From Eubacteriales bacterium (GTDB lineage: Bacteria; Bacillota; Clostridia; Oscillospirales; CAG-382): a DNA stretch of 64,000 bases. The DNA is taken from assembly GCA_045652245.1 (NCBI GenBank), contig JAZRTY010000013.1, forward strand, positions 1,533 to 65,532, given 5' to 3'. Shown here one piece after another: positions 18,990 to 29,030 of the stretch; position 1 is the stretch's first letter; every line of letters starts with the position of its first letter. Below the pieces are notes generated by a model that was not told the origin of the DNA, searched no databases, and saw only the letters and a list, made by a program, of their open reading frames with translations. The position numbers and the translations under genes were made by a program.

Positions 18990-20627
18990 ATGCAGATAGC
19001 TTCTGGAGGTGTGTTTGATTTGCCGTACGGGCTTTTGATGGCAGCTATTGTAATAGTTGTGTGTGTGATATTCAATAGAATAACCTCAAAAATGGGGATA
19101 CCGATGCTGTTTGCGTTTATTTTGCTCGGAATGTTTTTCGGGAGTGACGGTATTGTAAAAATCCCTTTTGATAACTTTACCTTTGCAGAGCAAATTTGTT
19201 CAGTCTCGCTTATTTTCATTATGTTCTACGGTGGATTTGGAACAAAATGGAGTGTGGCAAAGCCTGAGGCTCCGAAAGCAATAATTCTTTCATCCTTTGG
19301 AACATTGCTTACAGCACTTTTTGTCGGGCTTTTCTGTCACTATGCGCTTGGAACGGAGCTTCTGAGTGGACTTCTTATAGGTTCAGTTATCAGCTCTACC
19401 GACGCTGCGTCTGTCTTTTCAATTTTGCGTTCAAAGCACCTTAACCTGAAATACGGCACAGCCTCAATACTTGAGCTTGAAAGTGGAAGTAATGACCCTT
19501 TTGCTTATATGCTTACTATTGTAATACTCTCGGTGATGAATGGAGATTTTACAGCCGGAAATATTGCGTATATGCTGTTTGCGCAGGTCGTTTACGGAAT
19601 TTTAACAGGAGCTGTAATTGCAATTCTTGCAACAAATTTCCTTCGCCATTTCAAATTTGCCTCCTCCGGCTTTGATACGATTTTTTTGTTTGCAATTGGC
19701 ATTATTTCCTATGCTCTGCCGACTTTAATTGGCGGAAACGGATATCTCAGTGCATATATTACGGGAATTATCATGGGAAACAGTAAAATTCCAAACAAAA
19801 AGTCGATGGTAATTTTCTTCGACGGAGTAACCGGACTTTTGCAGATGCTGCTATTCTTTCTTTTGGGACTTCTTTCTTTTCCAATGCAGCTTATAAAGGT
19901 TGTACCAATGGGATTTGCAATAGCATTGTTTCTTACCTTTATTGCAAGACCTTTTGCTACCTTCCTGTTGCTTACCCCCTTCAGATGCCCCTTCAGACAA
20001 CAGCTTCTGATTGCCTGGTCCGGAATGCGCGGGGCTGCGTCAATTGTATTTGCAATTATAACGGTAATTGCTTCTGTAAGTCAGCCTCATGATATTTTTC
20101 ACATAGTATTTTTCATAGTTTTGTTTTCAATATTGCTTCAAGGCTCTCTTATTCCGTTTCTTTCCAAAAAACTTTCAATGGTTGATAACAGTCAGGACGT
20201 TATGAAAACCTTTACCGACTATTCCGAAGAAGAGCCTATCGGCTTTTTGCAGTGTGAAATTCACAAGAATCATTCCTGGAACGGAAAAACAATTGCTGAG
20301 ATAGCACTTCCTCCCGAAAGCATTATTGTTCTTGTTATCCGAAACAAAGAAAGAATAATTCCAAACGGAAGAACGGTTCTTTATGAAAACGATACACTTA
20401 TTCTGAGTGGAAAGACGTCGGAAAAAATCGACGGTATCAATCTTTATGAAAGAAAGATTTTGTTGGGCGATGAATATGTAGGCAAAAAAATCCTTGAAAT
20501 ATCAAAGTCTGATGATGAGTTAATAATTATGATAAGACGCAAACGTGGAATTGTAATCCCCAAAGGAAACACGGTCGTAAAGCCCGGCGATGTGCTTGTC
20601 ATAAACCATACAGGTTTTAATGATTAG
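18990..20627 (+). CDS. K+/H+ antiporter (CPA1, NhaP2-type) with C-terminal TrkA-C domain(s)
   Basis: 545 aa: a polytopic Na_H_exchanger-like core plus a soluble RCK_C-like tail (GDVLVI). The exact start is uncertain (alternative Met at 19038). Confidence 0.75.
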   Translation: MQIASGGVFDLPYGLLMAAIVIVVCVIFNRITSKMGIPMLFAFILLGMFFGSDGIVKIPFDNFTFAEQICSVSLIFIMFYGGFGTKWSVAKPEAPKAIILSSFGTLLTALFVGLFCHYALGTELLSGLLIGSVISSTDAASVFSILRSKHLNLKYGTASILELESGSNDPFAYMLTIVILSVMNGDFTAGNIAYMLFAQVVYGILTGAVIAILATNFLRHFKFASSGFDTIFLFAIGIISYALPTLIGGNGYLSAYITGIIMGNSKIPNKKSMVIFFDGVTGLLQMLLFFLLGLLSFPMQLIKVVPMGFAIALFLTFIARPFATFLLLTPFRCPFRQQLLIAWSGMRGAASIVFAIITVIASVSQPHDIFHIVFFIVLFSILLQGSLIPFLSKKLSMVDNSQDVMKTFTDYSEEEPIGFLQCEIHKNHSWNGKTIAEIALPPESIIVLVIRNKERIIPNGRTVLYENDTLILSGKTSEKIDGINLYERKILLGDEYVGKKILEISKSDDELIIMIRRKRGIVIPKGNTVVKPGDVLVINHTGFND

Positions 20628-20641
20628 TAATTAAATTTTTC

Positions 20642-20670
20642 TTGACATATTTATATAGGTTTGATATAAT
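20642..20670 (+). promoter_or_regulatory. sigma-A type promoter of alaA
   Basis: TTGACA, 17 nt, TATAAT. Confidence 0.65.
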
Positions 20671-20708
20671 ATATATAATTTATAAATTTTTATTAAAGGA
20701 GTATTGAA

Positions 20709-21911
20709 ATGGCACTTATTGCAGACAGACTTAACAGCATTGCTTCAGACATAAGAGGTAAGAATTATTACGCCGCACTTGATCTTGAAAAGCGTGGCGA
20801 AAAAATATTGAAGCTTAATACAGGTAATCCTGCGGCTTTTGGCTTTAAAATGCCTGAAAGCGTAAGAGCAGCGCTTATCGAAAAGCTCGACAGCGCACTT
20901 GGTTATAGCGACATAAGAGGTATGATAGCGGCAAGAGAAGCGATTTTTGAATATCACAAGGCTAAGGGAATCGCAGATTTTACAATGGATGATATTTTCA
21001 TCGGAAACGGAGTAAGTGAAATTGCTTCAATGGTTGCAACCTCGCTTTTCGACGCAGGTGATGAAATTCTTGTTCCGAGCCCATGCTACTCTCTCTGGAC
21101 AAATGAAATTCTTTTGAGTGATGCTAAACCCGTGCTTTACAGATGTGATGAATCAAACGGCTGGAATCCCGACATTGATCACATAAAGAGTCTTATAAAT
21201 GAAAAAACAAAGGCTATACTTATTATAAATCCAAATAATCCTACAGGTGTTCTTTATACAAACGAGATTCTTTGTGAAATTGCTGAGCTTTGTCGAAAGA
21301 ACAATATGATGATTTTGTCAGATGAAATTTACGACAGACTCGTGTTTGACGGAAAGGAGCATACAACAATGGCAAAGCTTGCTCCCGACCTTACAGTTCT
21401 TACAATGAACGGTCTTTCAAAATCTCATTGCCTTTGTGGCTTCAGATGTGGCTGGCTTGTAGTAAGTGGTCCCGAAGGCGCAAGAACTCAGATAAGCTCG
21501 GCACTTCTTAAAGTTGCCTCTATAAGACTTGGTGCAAACTCCATTATGCAGACAATCATTCCTGCAGCTCTTGCCGACAGAGAGTATTCCGACAGTATGA
21601 TAAGACCCGGCGGAAGACTTTACGAGCAGAGAAAGGCAACCTTTGAGGAGCTTGATAAAATCGAAGGTATTTCTTATGTCAAGAATGATGCAAGCCTTTA
21701 TGTATTCCCGAGAATTGTCGATAAGGCCGCAAAGATAACCGACGACAGAAAGTTTACCTATGATTTGCTCATAGATAAGCACGTTCTGATAGTTCCCGGC
21801 AGTGGTTTTGCATGGGAAACTCCCGACCATTTCCGTATTGTTATGCTTCCCGAGGTTGATATACTTCGTAAGGCAGTACGCGAAATCGGGGATTTTATTT
21901 CAAAACTTTAA
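20709..21911 (+). CDS. alaA: alanine/glutamate-pyruvate aminotransferase (AlaA-type, class I)
   Basis: 400 aa, colinear with E. coli AlaA as I recall it: KLNxGNPAxFGF, INPNNPTG, NGLSKxxxxxGFRxGW, GGRLYEQR, PDHFRIV. Confidence 0.85.
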   Translation: MALIADRLNSIASDIRGKNYYAALDLEKRGEKILKLNTGNPAAFGFKMPESVRAALIEKLDSALGYSDIRGMIAAREAIFEYHKAKGIADFTMDDIFIGNGVSEIASMVATSLFDAGDEILVPSPCYSLWTNEILLSDAKPVLYRCDESNGWNPDIDHIKSLINEKTKAILIINPNNPTGVLYTNEILCEIAELCRKNNMMILSDEIYDRLVFDGKEHTTMAKLAPDLTVLTMNGLSKSHCLCGFRCGWLVVSGPEGARTQISSALLKVASIRLGANSIMQTIIPAALADREYSDSMIRPGGRLYEQRKATFEELDKIEGISYVKNDASLYVFPRIVDKAAKITDDRKFTYDLLIDKHVLIVPGSGFAWETPDHFRIVMLPEVDILRKAVREIGDFISKL

Positions 21912-21965
21912 ATTGTTCAGCATCACAAGCAGCTAATAAATATTAGTTACTAACGGAGGTCAAAA

Positions 21966-23015
21966 ATGGACATTACAAAATACGACAAAAATTTTAAAGT
22001 TGAAACAAAAATCGATAAACCGGATATAAAATTCTATAATGTAGAAGAAGCTCCAATGCGACTTTACGGTGTATTCCGTGATGGGAACGGTTTTGTAAGA
22101 CTTCCCAGAGAAGTAGCAAGTGCAACAAGTGAAGCTGTCGCAGCACTCAACAATCACAGTGCAGGTGGCAGAGTGCGTTTTTGTACAGACAGTCCCTATG
22201 TTGCAGTTTATGCAGATATGGGAGAACCAATACTCGGTTCAAGTGACCGTTCTTGGGGCTTTGATTTGTATATCAAGGAAAACGGCAAAGAAGAATTTAA
22301 GTTTTTGTATAGACCGGCTGCAGACAATACAAGTGGAATTTTTGAAAGTGTCTATGATAATGGCAGCAGAAAAATGAGGGAAGTTACAATAAACTTCCCC
22401 CTTTACAGACAGGTGAAATCTCTTCATATCGGGCTTTCGGAAACTGCAAAAGTTACAGAACATCCGGATTATACATATGAAAAGCCGATACTGTACTATG
22501 GCTCCTCAATAACGCAGGGCGGTTGTGCATCAAGACCGGGGCTTTCTTATCAGGGAATGATTTCAAGAGAGCTTGATACAAACTTTATAAATCTTGGCTT
22601 TTCAGGTTCTGCAAAGGGGGAAGATGCAATAAGAGAATATATGAAAAATCTCGATATGAGTATTTTTGTTCTCGACTATGACTTTAACGCACCGAATGCC
22701 GAGCATCTTGAAAAAACTCATTTGCCGATTTATAAAGCAGTAAGAGAGGTACAGCCCACTCTTCCGATTATTATAGCATCAAGACCGAATCCGTCTTTAC
22801 CTTCCGACGACAAACGAGAAGGAGTCATACGTGCCACTTACGAGTATGCAGTACAAAACGGAGATAAAAATGTGTACTTCATTTCCGGAAGAGATCTTAT
22901 GAAAATCTCAGGAAATGACGGAACTGCCGATGGTGTACATCCGAATGATTTTGGCTTCTATTCAATGGCACAAGGATTTTTACCGATAATAAAAGACATT
23001 TTAGGTATAAACTAA
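21966..23015 (+). CDS. SGNH hydrolase with N-terminal beta-sandwich domain
   Basis: 349 aa: YYGSSITQGG block I and DGVHPND block V. Confidence 0.75.
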   Translation: MDITKYDKNFKVETKIDKPDIKFYNVEEAPMRLYGVFRDGNGFVRLPREVASATSEAVAALNNHSAGGRVRFCTDSPYVAVYADMGEPILGSSDRSWGFDLYIKENGKEEFKFLYRPAADNTSGIFESVYDNGSRKMREVTINFPLYRQVKSLHIGLSETAKVTEHPDYTYEKPILYYGSSITQGGCASRPGLSYQGMISRELDTNFINLGFSGSAKGEDAIREYMKNLDMSIFVLDYDFNAPNAEHLEKTHLPIYKAVREVQPTLPIIIASRPNPSLPSDDKREGVIRATYEYAVQNGDKNVYFISGRDLMKISGNDGTADGVHPNDFGFYSMAQGFLPIIKDILGIN

Positions 23016-23022
23016 TTATAAA

Positions 23023-23050
23023 GAGACAGCGAGGTAATCGCTGTCTTTTC
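23023..23050 (+). terminator. rho-independent terminator
   Basis: GAGACAGCG / CGCTGTCT stem followed by TTTTC. Confidence 0.7.
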
Positions 23051-23068
23051 TATATTATAGAAATATAC

Positions 23069-23125
23069 TTGAAATATTCATATTTTTAGGTTATAATATC
23101 ATTAGGTAAGCATTGTTTACCTAAT
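23069..23125 (+). promoter_or_regulatory. promoter plus palindromic operator of the acyl-CoA ligase-tetR-hlyIII unit
   Basis: TTGAAA (23069), 17 nt, TATAAT (23092-23097), then the perfect 9-bp inverted repeat ATTAGGTAA-N7-TTACCTAAT (23101-23125) at the predicted transcription start. Confidence 0.6.
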
Positions 23126-23171
23126 GGTTACTATTTTGTATGTCACCGTACAGGTGAGAATGGAGGTAAAT

Positions 23172-24854
23172 GTGAAAAATCTCAAATATGTATATAACGT
23201 GCGTGAAGTTTCATCAATCAGAGAACTGCTTGAATCAAGCTGCGAGCTTTATGGTGAAAAAACAGCTTTTCTTTTTCGGGAGAACGGTGTTGGAATAGAA
23301 ATCACATATGAAAAGCTGTTAAAGGATGTAAAGGAACTTGCAACATATCTTAATTCAATTGGACTTTCAGGTAAGAAAATCGCAGTAAGCGGAAAAAACT
23401 CTTATAATTGGGCAATATCCTATCTTGCAATCACTTGCGGTTGTGGGATTGTCGTACCACTTGATAAGGATTTGACGGAAAAGGAAATAAATTTCATTCT
23501 TGAACATGCAGAAGCCTCGGCAGTAATTTATTCAGATGAAATTTCAGAAAAATTCGAATCTTGTTCTGACGGTATTCTCAAAATGAATATGGTAAATATT
23601 CCCGAATACAAGGAAACAGGCGAAAAGCTTATGGAAAATGGTGACAGAAGCTATGCCGAGCATAGAATTAATCCATTTGAACTGGGCGTTTTACTTTATA
23701 CATCGGGAACAACAGGAGTCGCAAAGGGTGTAATGCTGTCGCAGTATAATATTGTAAGTGACATTGTTCATATACGACGTGCAGCACACCTTACAAGTGA
23801 CGACAGGAGCATTTCTGTGCTTCCGTTGCATCACACCTATGAGTGTTCAATCGGATTTCTTGCAATGCTTCATGGCGGAGCAAGTATTGCAATCAGTGCA
23901 TCACTGAAAACTCTTAAAAAGGAAATTGAGGAATATAAGCCGACAATTTTTGTGTCGGTTCCTATGATTCTTGAAAGATTCCACAAGCTTATACTTGATA
24001 AGTACAGCAAAATCCGTGGTGGCGAGAGCATTATTTCAATTCAGAGAGTTGTTGCAAAAATAGGGAATACCGAATTCAGAAAGAGAATTTTCTCTGCTGT
24101 AAATGAAGCCTTTGGTGGCAGGATGAGACTTATACTCTGTGGTGCAGCCCCCCTTGAGGAGAATATCCACAGAGATTTCGAGCTTTTTGGAATAAAGACC
24201 TATATCGGTTACGGACTTACCGAAACAGCACCTGTTTGCCTTATGCACAACGATTTTTACAGAAGTGTATCTGACAACGGTTACCCGATGGTGGGAGTGG
24301 ATGCGAAAATTGTAAATCCCAATTCTGACGGAATAGGTGAGCTTGCAGTTCGTGGTTCAAATGTAATGCTCGGATATTATAAAAATCCTGAAGAAACAGC
24401 AAAGGTATTAAAGGACGGTTGGTTTTATACAGGTGACCTTGCACGAAAGAATCCTGACGGTACTTATAAAATTGTAGGCAGACTTAAGAGTATGATTGTT
24501 ACCCCTGGTGGTAAGAAGGTATTTCCTGAGGAAATTGAGCTTGAGCTTGTGCAGAACAGTCTCGTTGAAGAATGTATGGTTTTTGGTGTAGAATCTGAAG
24601 GTAAGGTTATAATTTGTGCCTCGGTTTATCCGAATGAAGAGAAGGTTCAGGATGAACTTTCGAAAAAGGGAATTACAAAGGATAACCCTGAATACAATAA
24701 AGCTAAAAAAGAGCTTATAATGTCAATTATAACTGCACTCAACGATACACTTCCCACATATAAGGTTATTCGCAGACTAATCGTCAGAGATGAAGAATTT
24801 ATAAAAACAACTACTAAAAAAATTAAGAGAAACGAACCATTAAATCTTATTTGA
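23172..24854 (+). CDS. long-chain-fatty-acid--CoA ligase (AMP-binding family)
   Basis: YTSGTTGVAKGV AMP-binding motif, GYGLTE and TGD. Start moved to the GTG at 23172 (GGAGG lies 5 nt upstream); the ORF-track start at 23124 sits inside the operator. Confidence 0.85.
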   Translation: MKNLKYVYNVREVSSIRELLESSCELYGEKTAFLFRENGVGIEITYEKLLKDVKELATYLNSIGLSGKKIAVSGKNSYNWAISYLAITCGCGIVVPLDKDLTEKEINFILEHAEASAVIYSDEISEKFESCSDGILKMNMVNIPEYKETGEKLMENGDRSYAEHRINPFELGVLLYTSGTTGVAKGVMLSQYNIVSDIVHIRRAAHLTSDDRSISVLPLHHTYECSIGFLAMLHGGASIAISASLKTLKKEIEEYKPTIFVSVPMILERFHKLILDKYSKIRGGESIISIQRVVAKIGNTEFRKRIFSAVNEAFGGRMRLILCGAAPLEENIHRDFELFGIKTYIGYGLTETAPVCLMHNDFYRSVSDNGYPMVGVDAKIVNPNSDGIGELAVRGSNVMLGYYKNPEETAKVLKDGWFYTGDLARKNPDGTYKIVGRLKSMIVTPGGKKVFPEEIELELVQNSLVEECMVFGVESEGKVIICASVYPNEEKVQDELSKKGITKDNPEYNKAKKELIMSIITALNDTLPTYKVIRRLIVRDEEFIKTTTKKIKRNEPLNLI

Positions 24855-24873
24855 ATTTGAGGGTATAATAAAA

Positions 24874-25446
24874 ATGAAAATTGCCAAATCCGAGAGTAAG
24901 GAGAAATTCGTTCTTGCAGCAATAAAAGAGATGCAGACACACGGGATCACCGATTTTTCCATGCGTAGAATCGCAAAGGAATGTGGTATGTCGAGTGGTG
25001 CACCATATAAACATTTCAAGGATAAAAGTGAATTGATAGTCGAGGCGATAAAGCATATCTGTCGTGAATGGGGAAGGGTGCAGAGAGGTATCATAAGAAG
25101 CTGCAGCGATAACCCAAGAGAGCTTCTTGTTGAAATAAGTGTTGCGTATGTTAAATTCTTATGTGAAAATCCTGCATATCAATCAATACTGATGCTCAGC
25201 GATAATTCTCTTTCACCACAGCAACTCACTCAAAAGGCAAGTATGACATCTATTACAGAGGAAATAATAGAAAATTATTGCGAAAGCGTAGAAATGAGTG
25301 ATGATGACAGAATACGTAAAACCTATGCTGTTCGTTCCTTTATTTTCGGTGCGGCGTACCTTATAAATTCTGGTTTTTTCAAAAACGACGAGGAAAGCAT
25401 ACTTCTTGCAAGACGTTGCATAGAGAGAGAATTTGACATAGTATAA
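24874..25446 (+). CDS. TetR/AcrR family transcriptional regulator
   Basis: 190 aa with an N-terminal HTH (FSMRRIAKECGMSSGAPYKHF). Confidence 0.85.
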   Translation: MKIAKSESKEKFVLAAIKEMQTHGITDFSMRRIAKECGMSSGAPYKHFKDKSELIVEAIKHICREWGRVQRGIIRSCSDNPRELLVEISVAYVKFLCENPAYQSILMLSDNSLSPQQLTQKASMTSITEEIIENYCESVEMSDDDRIRKTYAVRSFIFGAAYLINSGFFKNDEESILLARRCIEREFDIV

Positions 25447-25470
25447 TAGTATTACAGAAAGGGAATAAAA

Positions 25471-26154
25471 ATGGGAAAAGAAGCATTCAGAGAAAGACAA
25501 CTCCCGAAATATACAAAGGGCGAAGAAATTTTTAATATGGTATCGCATATCGTAGGAGGAGCACTTGGTGTCATTGCCCTTATACTGTGCGTGGTATATT
25601 CATTTTTACACGAAGACGTATATGCAGTTGTTGGTTCATTCATTTACGGATTTTCAATTATAATTCTTTATACAATTTCAAGTGTGTATCACGGAATTAC
25701 ACCGAATTTACCTGTTGCAAAGCGTGTTATGCAGGTAATAGACCATTGTGTGATTTTTATTCTGATTGCAGGTACCTATACTCCTGTTGCATTATGCTCA
25801 CTCCGTCGAGAGAATGCCATTGTCGGCTGGGCAGTTTTAGGTTTCGTATGGGGGGCATCTGCTCTTGGAATAACTCTTAATGCAATTGACCTTAAAAAAT
25901 ACAAAAAGTTTTCTATTGTATGTTATCTTGTGATCGGCTGGTGTATTGTTTTCACACTAAAAACTTTGATTTCGGCAGTTGGCATTCCCGGCTTTGTATA
26001 TTTACTGCTCGGAGGGGTTGCATATTCAATTGGTGCCATTCTTTATGTAATAGGTGGTAAAAAGGGGCTTAAATATATGCACTCGGTTTTTCATATCTTT
26101 GTCGTAATCGGAACTGTGCTTCAGTTTTTTACAGTATTTTTTTATGTTATATAA
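25471..26154 (+). CDS. hemolysin III / PAQR family membrane protein
   Basis: 227 aa, 7 TM helices, with SSVYH, DHxxIF and HxFVVxG motifs. Confidence 0.85.
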   Translation: MGKEAFRERQLPKYTKGEEIFNMVSHIVGGALGVIALILCVVYSFLHEDVYAVVGSFIYGFSIIILYTISSVYHGITPNLPVAKRVMQVIDHCVIFILIAGTYTPVALCSLRRENAIVGWAVLGFVWGASALGITLNAIDLKKYKKFSIVCYLVIGWCIVFTLKTLISAVGIPGFVYLLLGGVAYSIGAILYVIGGKKGLKYMHSVFHIFVVIGTVLQFFTVFFYVI

Positions 26155-26167
26155 GTGAAATATAAAG

Positions 26168-26197
26168 AAAAAAGGGTAGCGATGCTGCCCTTTTTTT
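26168..26197 (+). terminator. rho-independent terminator after hlyIII
   Basis: GGGTAGC / GCTGCCC stem plus T7. Confidence 0.7.
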
Positions 26198-26423
26198 ATA
26201 TAACGACTTTATGGAAAACTATCGGCGCACTGCCTGTACAATATGTCGACACGCTTTGCATTATCGGTAGTGATTTTGTCGGAGAATGCGTAAAGTAAAA
26301 GAGCAGAGTGTGAAATTACACATTACGGAAATTTACATAAAGTACAAAGTTTAATAATCTTTTTGGTATAAAATATCAGAAGGTAGCGAATAATTTATGT
26401 TTCTTTATTATGGAGGAATAATT

Positions 26424-26900
26424 ATGAAAGCAACAATAAAAATGGAAAACGGTAAAGTGATGGTGCTTGAGCTGTATCCCGACAAAGCACCGATTACAGT
26501 AGAAAACTTTAAAGCACTCTGCGATAAGGGTTTTTATAACGGACTTATTTTCCACAGAGTAATCGCAGGCTTTATGATTCAGGGAGGCTGTCCCGAAGGT
26601 ACAGGTATGGGTGGTCCCGGCTATACTATCAAGGGCGAGTTTTCTTCAAACGGAGTCAAGAACGACATAAAGCATACAAGAGGAGTTATTTCAATGGCAA
26701 GAACAAACGAGCCGAATTCAGCAGGCTCACAGTTCTTTATTATGCACGAGGATGCTTCATATCTTGATGGTCAGTATGCAGCCTTCGGGAAAATGACAGA
26801 GGGCTTTGAGGTGCTTGACGAAATTGCAAATGTCGAAACTGATTTTTCTGATAAACCACGACGTGAGCAGAAAATTGAAAGTATTACAGTCGAGGAATAA
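26424..26900 (+). CDS. ppiB: peptidyl-prolyl cis-trans isomerase, cyclophilin type
   Basis: Start at 26424 (GGAGG lies 7 nt upstream). FHRVIxGFMIQGG and SAGSQFFI motifs. Confidence 0.9.
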   Translation: MKATIKMENGKVMVLELYPDKAPITVENFKALCDKGFYNGLIFHRVIAGFMIQGGCPEGTGMGGPGYTIKGEFSSNGVKNDIKHTRGVISMARTNEPNSAGSQFFIMHEDASYLDGQYAAFGKMTEGFEVLDEIANVETDFSDKPRREQKIESITVEE

Positions 26901-26965
26901 AAAGATTTATCCCTTGCTTTATGGCAGGGGATAATTTTATAATGAATAACATTCGGGGTATTAAA

Positions 26966-27370
26966 ATGACAAGAAAAGAAAAAGCAAAATATTTGCACGA
27001 AAAGAAATATAACTGCGCACAATCCGTACTTTGTGCCTTTGCAGAAAAGACAGGAATTTCCGAAGCAGAGCTTTTTAAAATCAGCGAAGGCTTTGGAGCA
27101 GGTATGGGAAGCACAAATCACGTTTGTGGAGCTCTTTCGGGAGCAATTATGCTTGCAGGACTTATAAATTCTGACGGAAATATTGATAATCCACAGAGCA
27201 AAGCCTCTACATATGAAATAGCAGCAAAAATGACAGAGGTGTTCAATGACAGAGCCGGTGCTGTAAACTGCCGTGATATCAAGGGACTTGATACCGGAAA
27301 GCCCACTTGCTCTTGTCCGGACTGTATTACTATTGCAGTAGAGATAGTAGAGGAAATGCTGAATATATAA
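26966..27370 (+). CDS. C_GCAxxG_C_C family redox-type protein
   Basis: YNCAQSVL... and C-terminal CxxxxxxxCSCPDC motifs. The start is probably at 26966. Confidence 0.75.
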   Translation: MTRKEKAKYLHEKKYNCAQSVLCAFAEKTGISEAELFKISEGFGAGMGSTNHVCGALSGAIMLAGLINSDGNIDNPQSKASTYEIAAKMTEVFNDRAGAVNCRDIKGLDTGKPTCSCPDCITIAVEIVEEMLNI

Positions 27371-27384
27371 AAAATATAAAAAGT

Positions 27385-27418
27385 GCCGACAGGAGAAATT
27401 TCCTGTCGGTATTTTTTG
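27385..27418 (+). terminator. rho-independent terminator
   Basis: CCGACAGGA / TCCTGTCGG stem plus T6. Confidence 0.75.
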
Positions 27419-27543
27419 TAATTTACATTTTTCTTCATAAAAAACAAAATTCCGTGAATATTACCTGAATTACAGCTCTTCTTTTTTTGCATAGAATGTT
27501 ATACAGGAATATAAAACAAATTTGTGAAAGGGGAAAGGTGAAA

Positions 27544-28413
27544 ATGAAAAATTCAAAAATTGCCTTCATCGGCGGCGACAAAAGAATGTTTTTCTGTGCC
27601 GAAGCACTTTATGATATGGGCTATGAATGTGCCCTGTTTGGTTTTGACAAAATTTCCGGTCATGCAAATTCAACAAGGTGTGCCTCACTACATGATTGTG
27701 TCATAAATTCATCGGCAATTATTTTGCCATTGCCGCTAAGCCGTGACGGAAAGACGGTAAATTCACTTGGAAGGTCGGAAATTATGCTGCGAGACGTTTT
27801 TGAAATTGCAACCGGTATTCCGATTTTTGCAGGGAATGTTACACCTGAGGTAGCAGAGCTTGCACAGGTATATGGACATACAATCTCAGATTATTACGAA
27901 AGCGAAACCTTTATATATAAAAACGCACTTGCAACGGCAGAGGGTGCAGTGTTCCTTACAATGCAACATTCTGACAGAACTATTTTCGGCTCAAGAATAC
28001 TCATTACAGGTTTCGGCAGAATAGCAAAATACACAGCAAGACTCCTTGACAGCTTTGGCGCAGATATTTGCATTTGCGCAAGGAAGACACAGGACAGGGC
28101 ATATGCCGAAACGTTGGGATATACGGCAATAGATTTTGATAGCCTGAGTGAAAAAATCCGCAATTTCGATACTGTTATAAATACAGTACCTGCCAACGTC
28201 TTTACGCAGGAGGTGCTGTCAAATATGAAGAGCAATAAAATATATATTGAGCTTGCAAGTGCACCATATGGCGTTTCAAAGACTCTTGCAGATAAATATA
28301 ATATAGAAATCTGCGACGGCAGGGGACTGCCGTCAAGATACAGCCCAAGAAGTGCCGGTAAATATATCGCAGATGAGATAAGTCGGGAGCTTGAAAGGTT
28401 GGGTGTTGTATGA
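27544..28413 (+). CDS. dpaA: dipicolinate synthase subunit A (SpoVFA)
   Basis: Colinear with B. subtilis SpoVFA as I recall it (IAFIGGDKR, ATAEGA, Rossmann GFGRI). Start at 27544 after GGGGAAAGG. Confidence 0.85.
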   Translation: MKNSKIAFIGGDKRMFFCAEALYDMGYECALFGFDKISGHANSTRCASLHDCVINSSAIILPLPLSRDGKTVNSLGRSEIMLRDVFEIATGIPIFAGNVTPEVAELAQVYGHTISDYYESETFIYKNALATAEGAVFLTMQHSDRTIFGSRILITGFGRIAKYTARLLDSFGADICICARKTQDRAYAETLGYTAIDFDSLSEKIRNFDTVINTVPANVFTQEVLSNMKSNKIYIELASAPYGVSKTLADKYNIEICDGRGLPSRYSPRSAGKYIADEISRELERLGVV

Positions 28414-28970
28414 TAGGCTTTGCGCTGTGCGGTTCTTTTTGTAATATGAGAAGATGTGTTGACATAATGAGGGAATTTGCAGAAAAAGGAGAAGAAATAC
28501 TACCGATTATGTCAGAAACGACTTACAGTACAGATACGAGGTTTGGAAAAGCAAAGGACTTTATAGAAGAAATAGAGGGGATATGTGGAAGAAATATAAT
28601 ACACACAATAGAACAAGCTGAGCCGATAGGGCCTAAAATAAAGCTTGATGCCCTTCTTATTTGTCCTTGTACCGGAAATACAGCATCCAAAATGGCACAC
28701 GGAATTTGTGATACAGCCGTTACAATGGCAGCAAAGGCACATTTGCGTAATGAACGCCCACTGGTGATTGCACTTGCCACAAATGATGCACTATCCCTTT
28801 GTGCCCCGAATATCGGAACTCTGCTTCAGCGAAAGAATGTTTATTTTGTTCCTCTGTCGCAGGACGATGCCGAGAAAAAACCGCGTTCTATGGTCTGTGA
28901 TTTCAGTCGTGCGTTTGATACTGTTAAGCTTGCAATAGATGGAAAGCAGATACAGGGAATAATAGGGTAA
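28410..28970 (+). CDS. dpaB: dipicolinate synthase subunit B (SpoVFB, flavoprotein)
   Basis: ATGA overlap with dpaA. CPCTGNTxSKxAxG and ATNDAL motifs. Confidence 0.88.
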   Translation: MIGFALCGSFCNMRRCVDIMREFAEKGEEILPIMSETTYSTDTRFGKAKDFIEEIEGICGRNIIHTIEQAEPIGPKIKLDALLICPCTGNTASKMAHGICDTAVTMAAKAHLRNERPLVIALATNDALSLCAPNIGTLLQRKNVYFVPLSQDDAEKKPRSMVCDFSRAFDTVKLAIDGKQIQGIIG

Positions 28971-28975
28971 AAAAA

Positions 28976-29012
28976 GCCTTCCCCTGTGGGGGAAGGTGTC
29001 AGCGAAGCTGAC
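28976..29012. repeat. REP-like double hairpin element
   Basis: CCTTCCCC-tgtg-GGGGAAGG (28977-28996) is immediately followed by GTCAGC-gaa-GCTGAC (28998-29012). Its minus-strand translation gives the PSPTGEGF-type pseudo-ORF. Confidence 0.55.
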
Positions 29013-29030
29013 GGATGAGGGGTAAAAAAC

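Noticed and set aside
26198-26423. Possible riboswitch or small ORF in the 226-nt gap before the cyclophilin gene
   Set aside because: I recognised no riboswitch core. The only ATG-initiated frame (19 codons from 26211) lacks an RBS. The gap is left unannotated.
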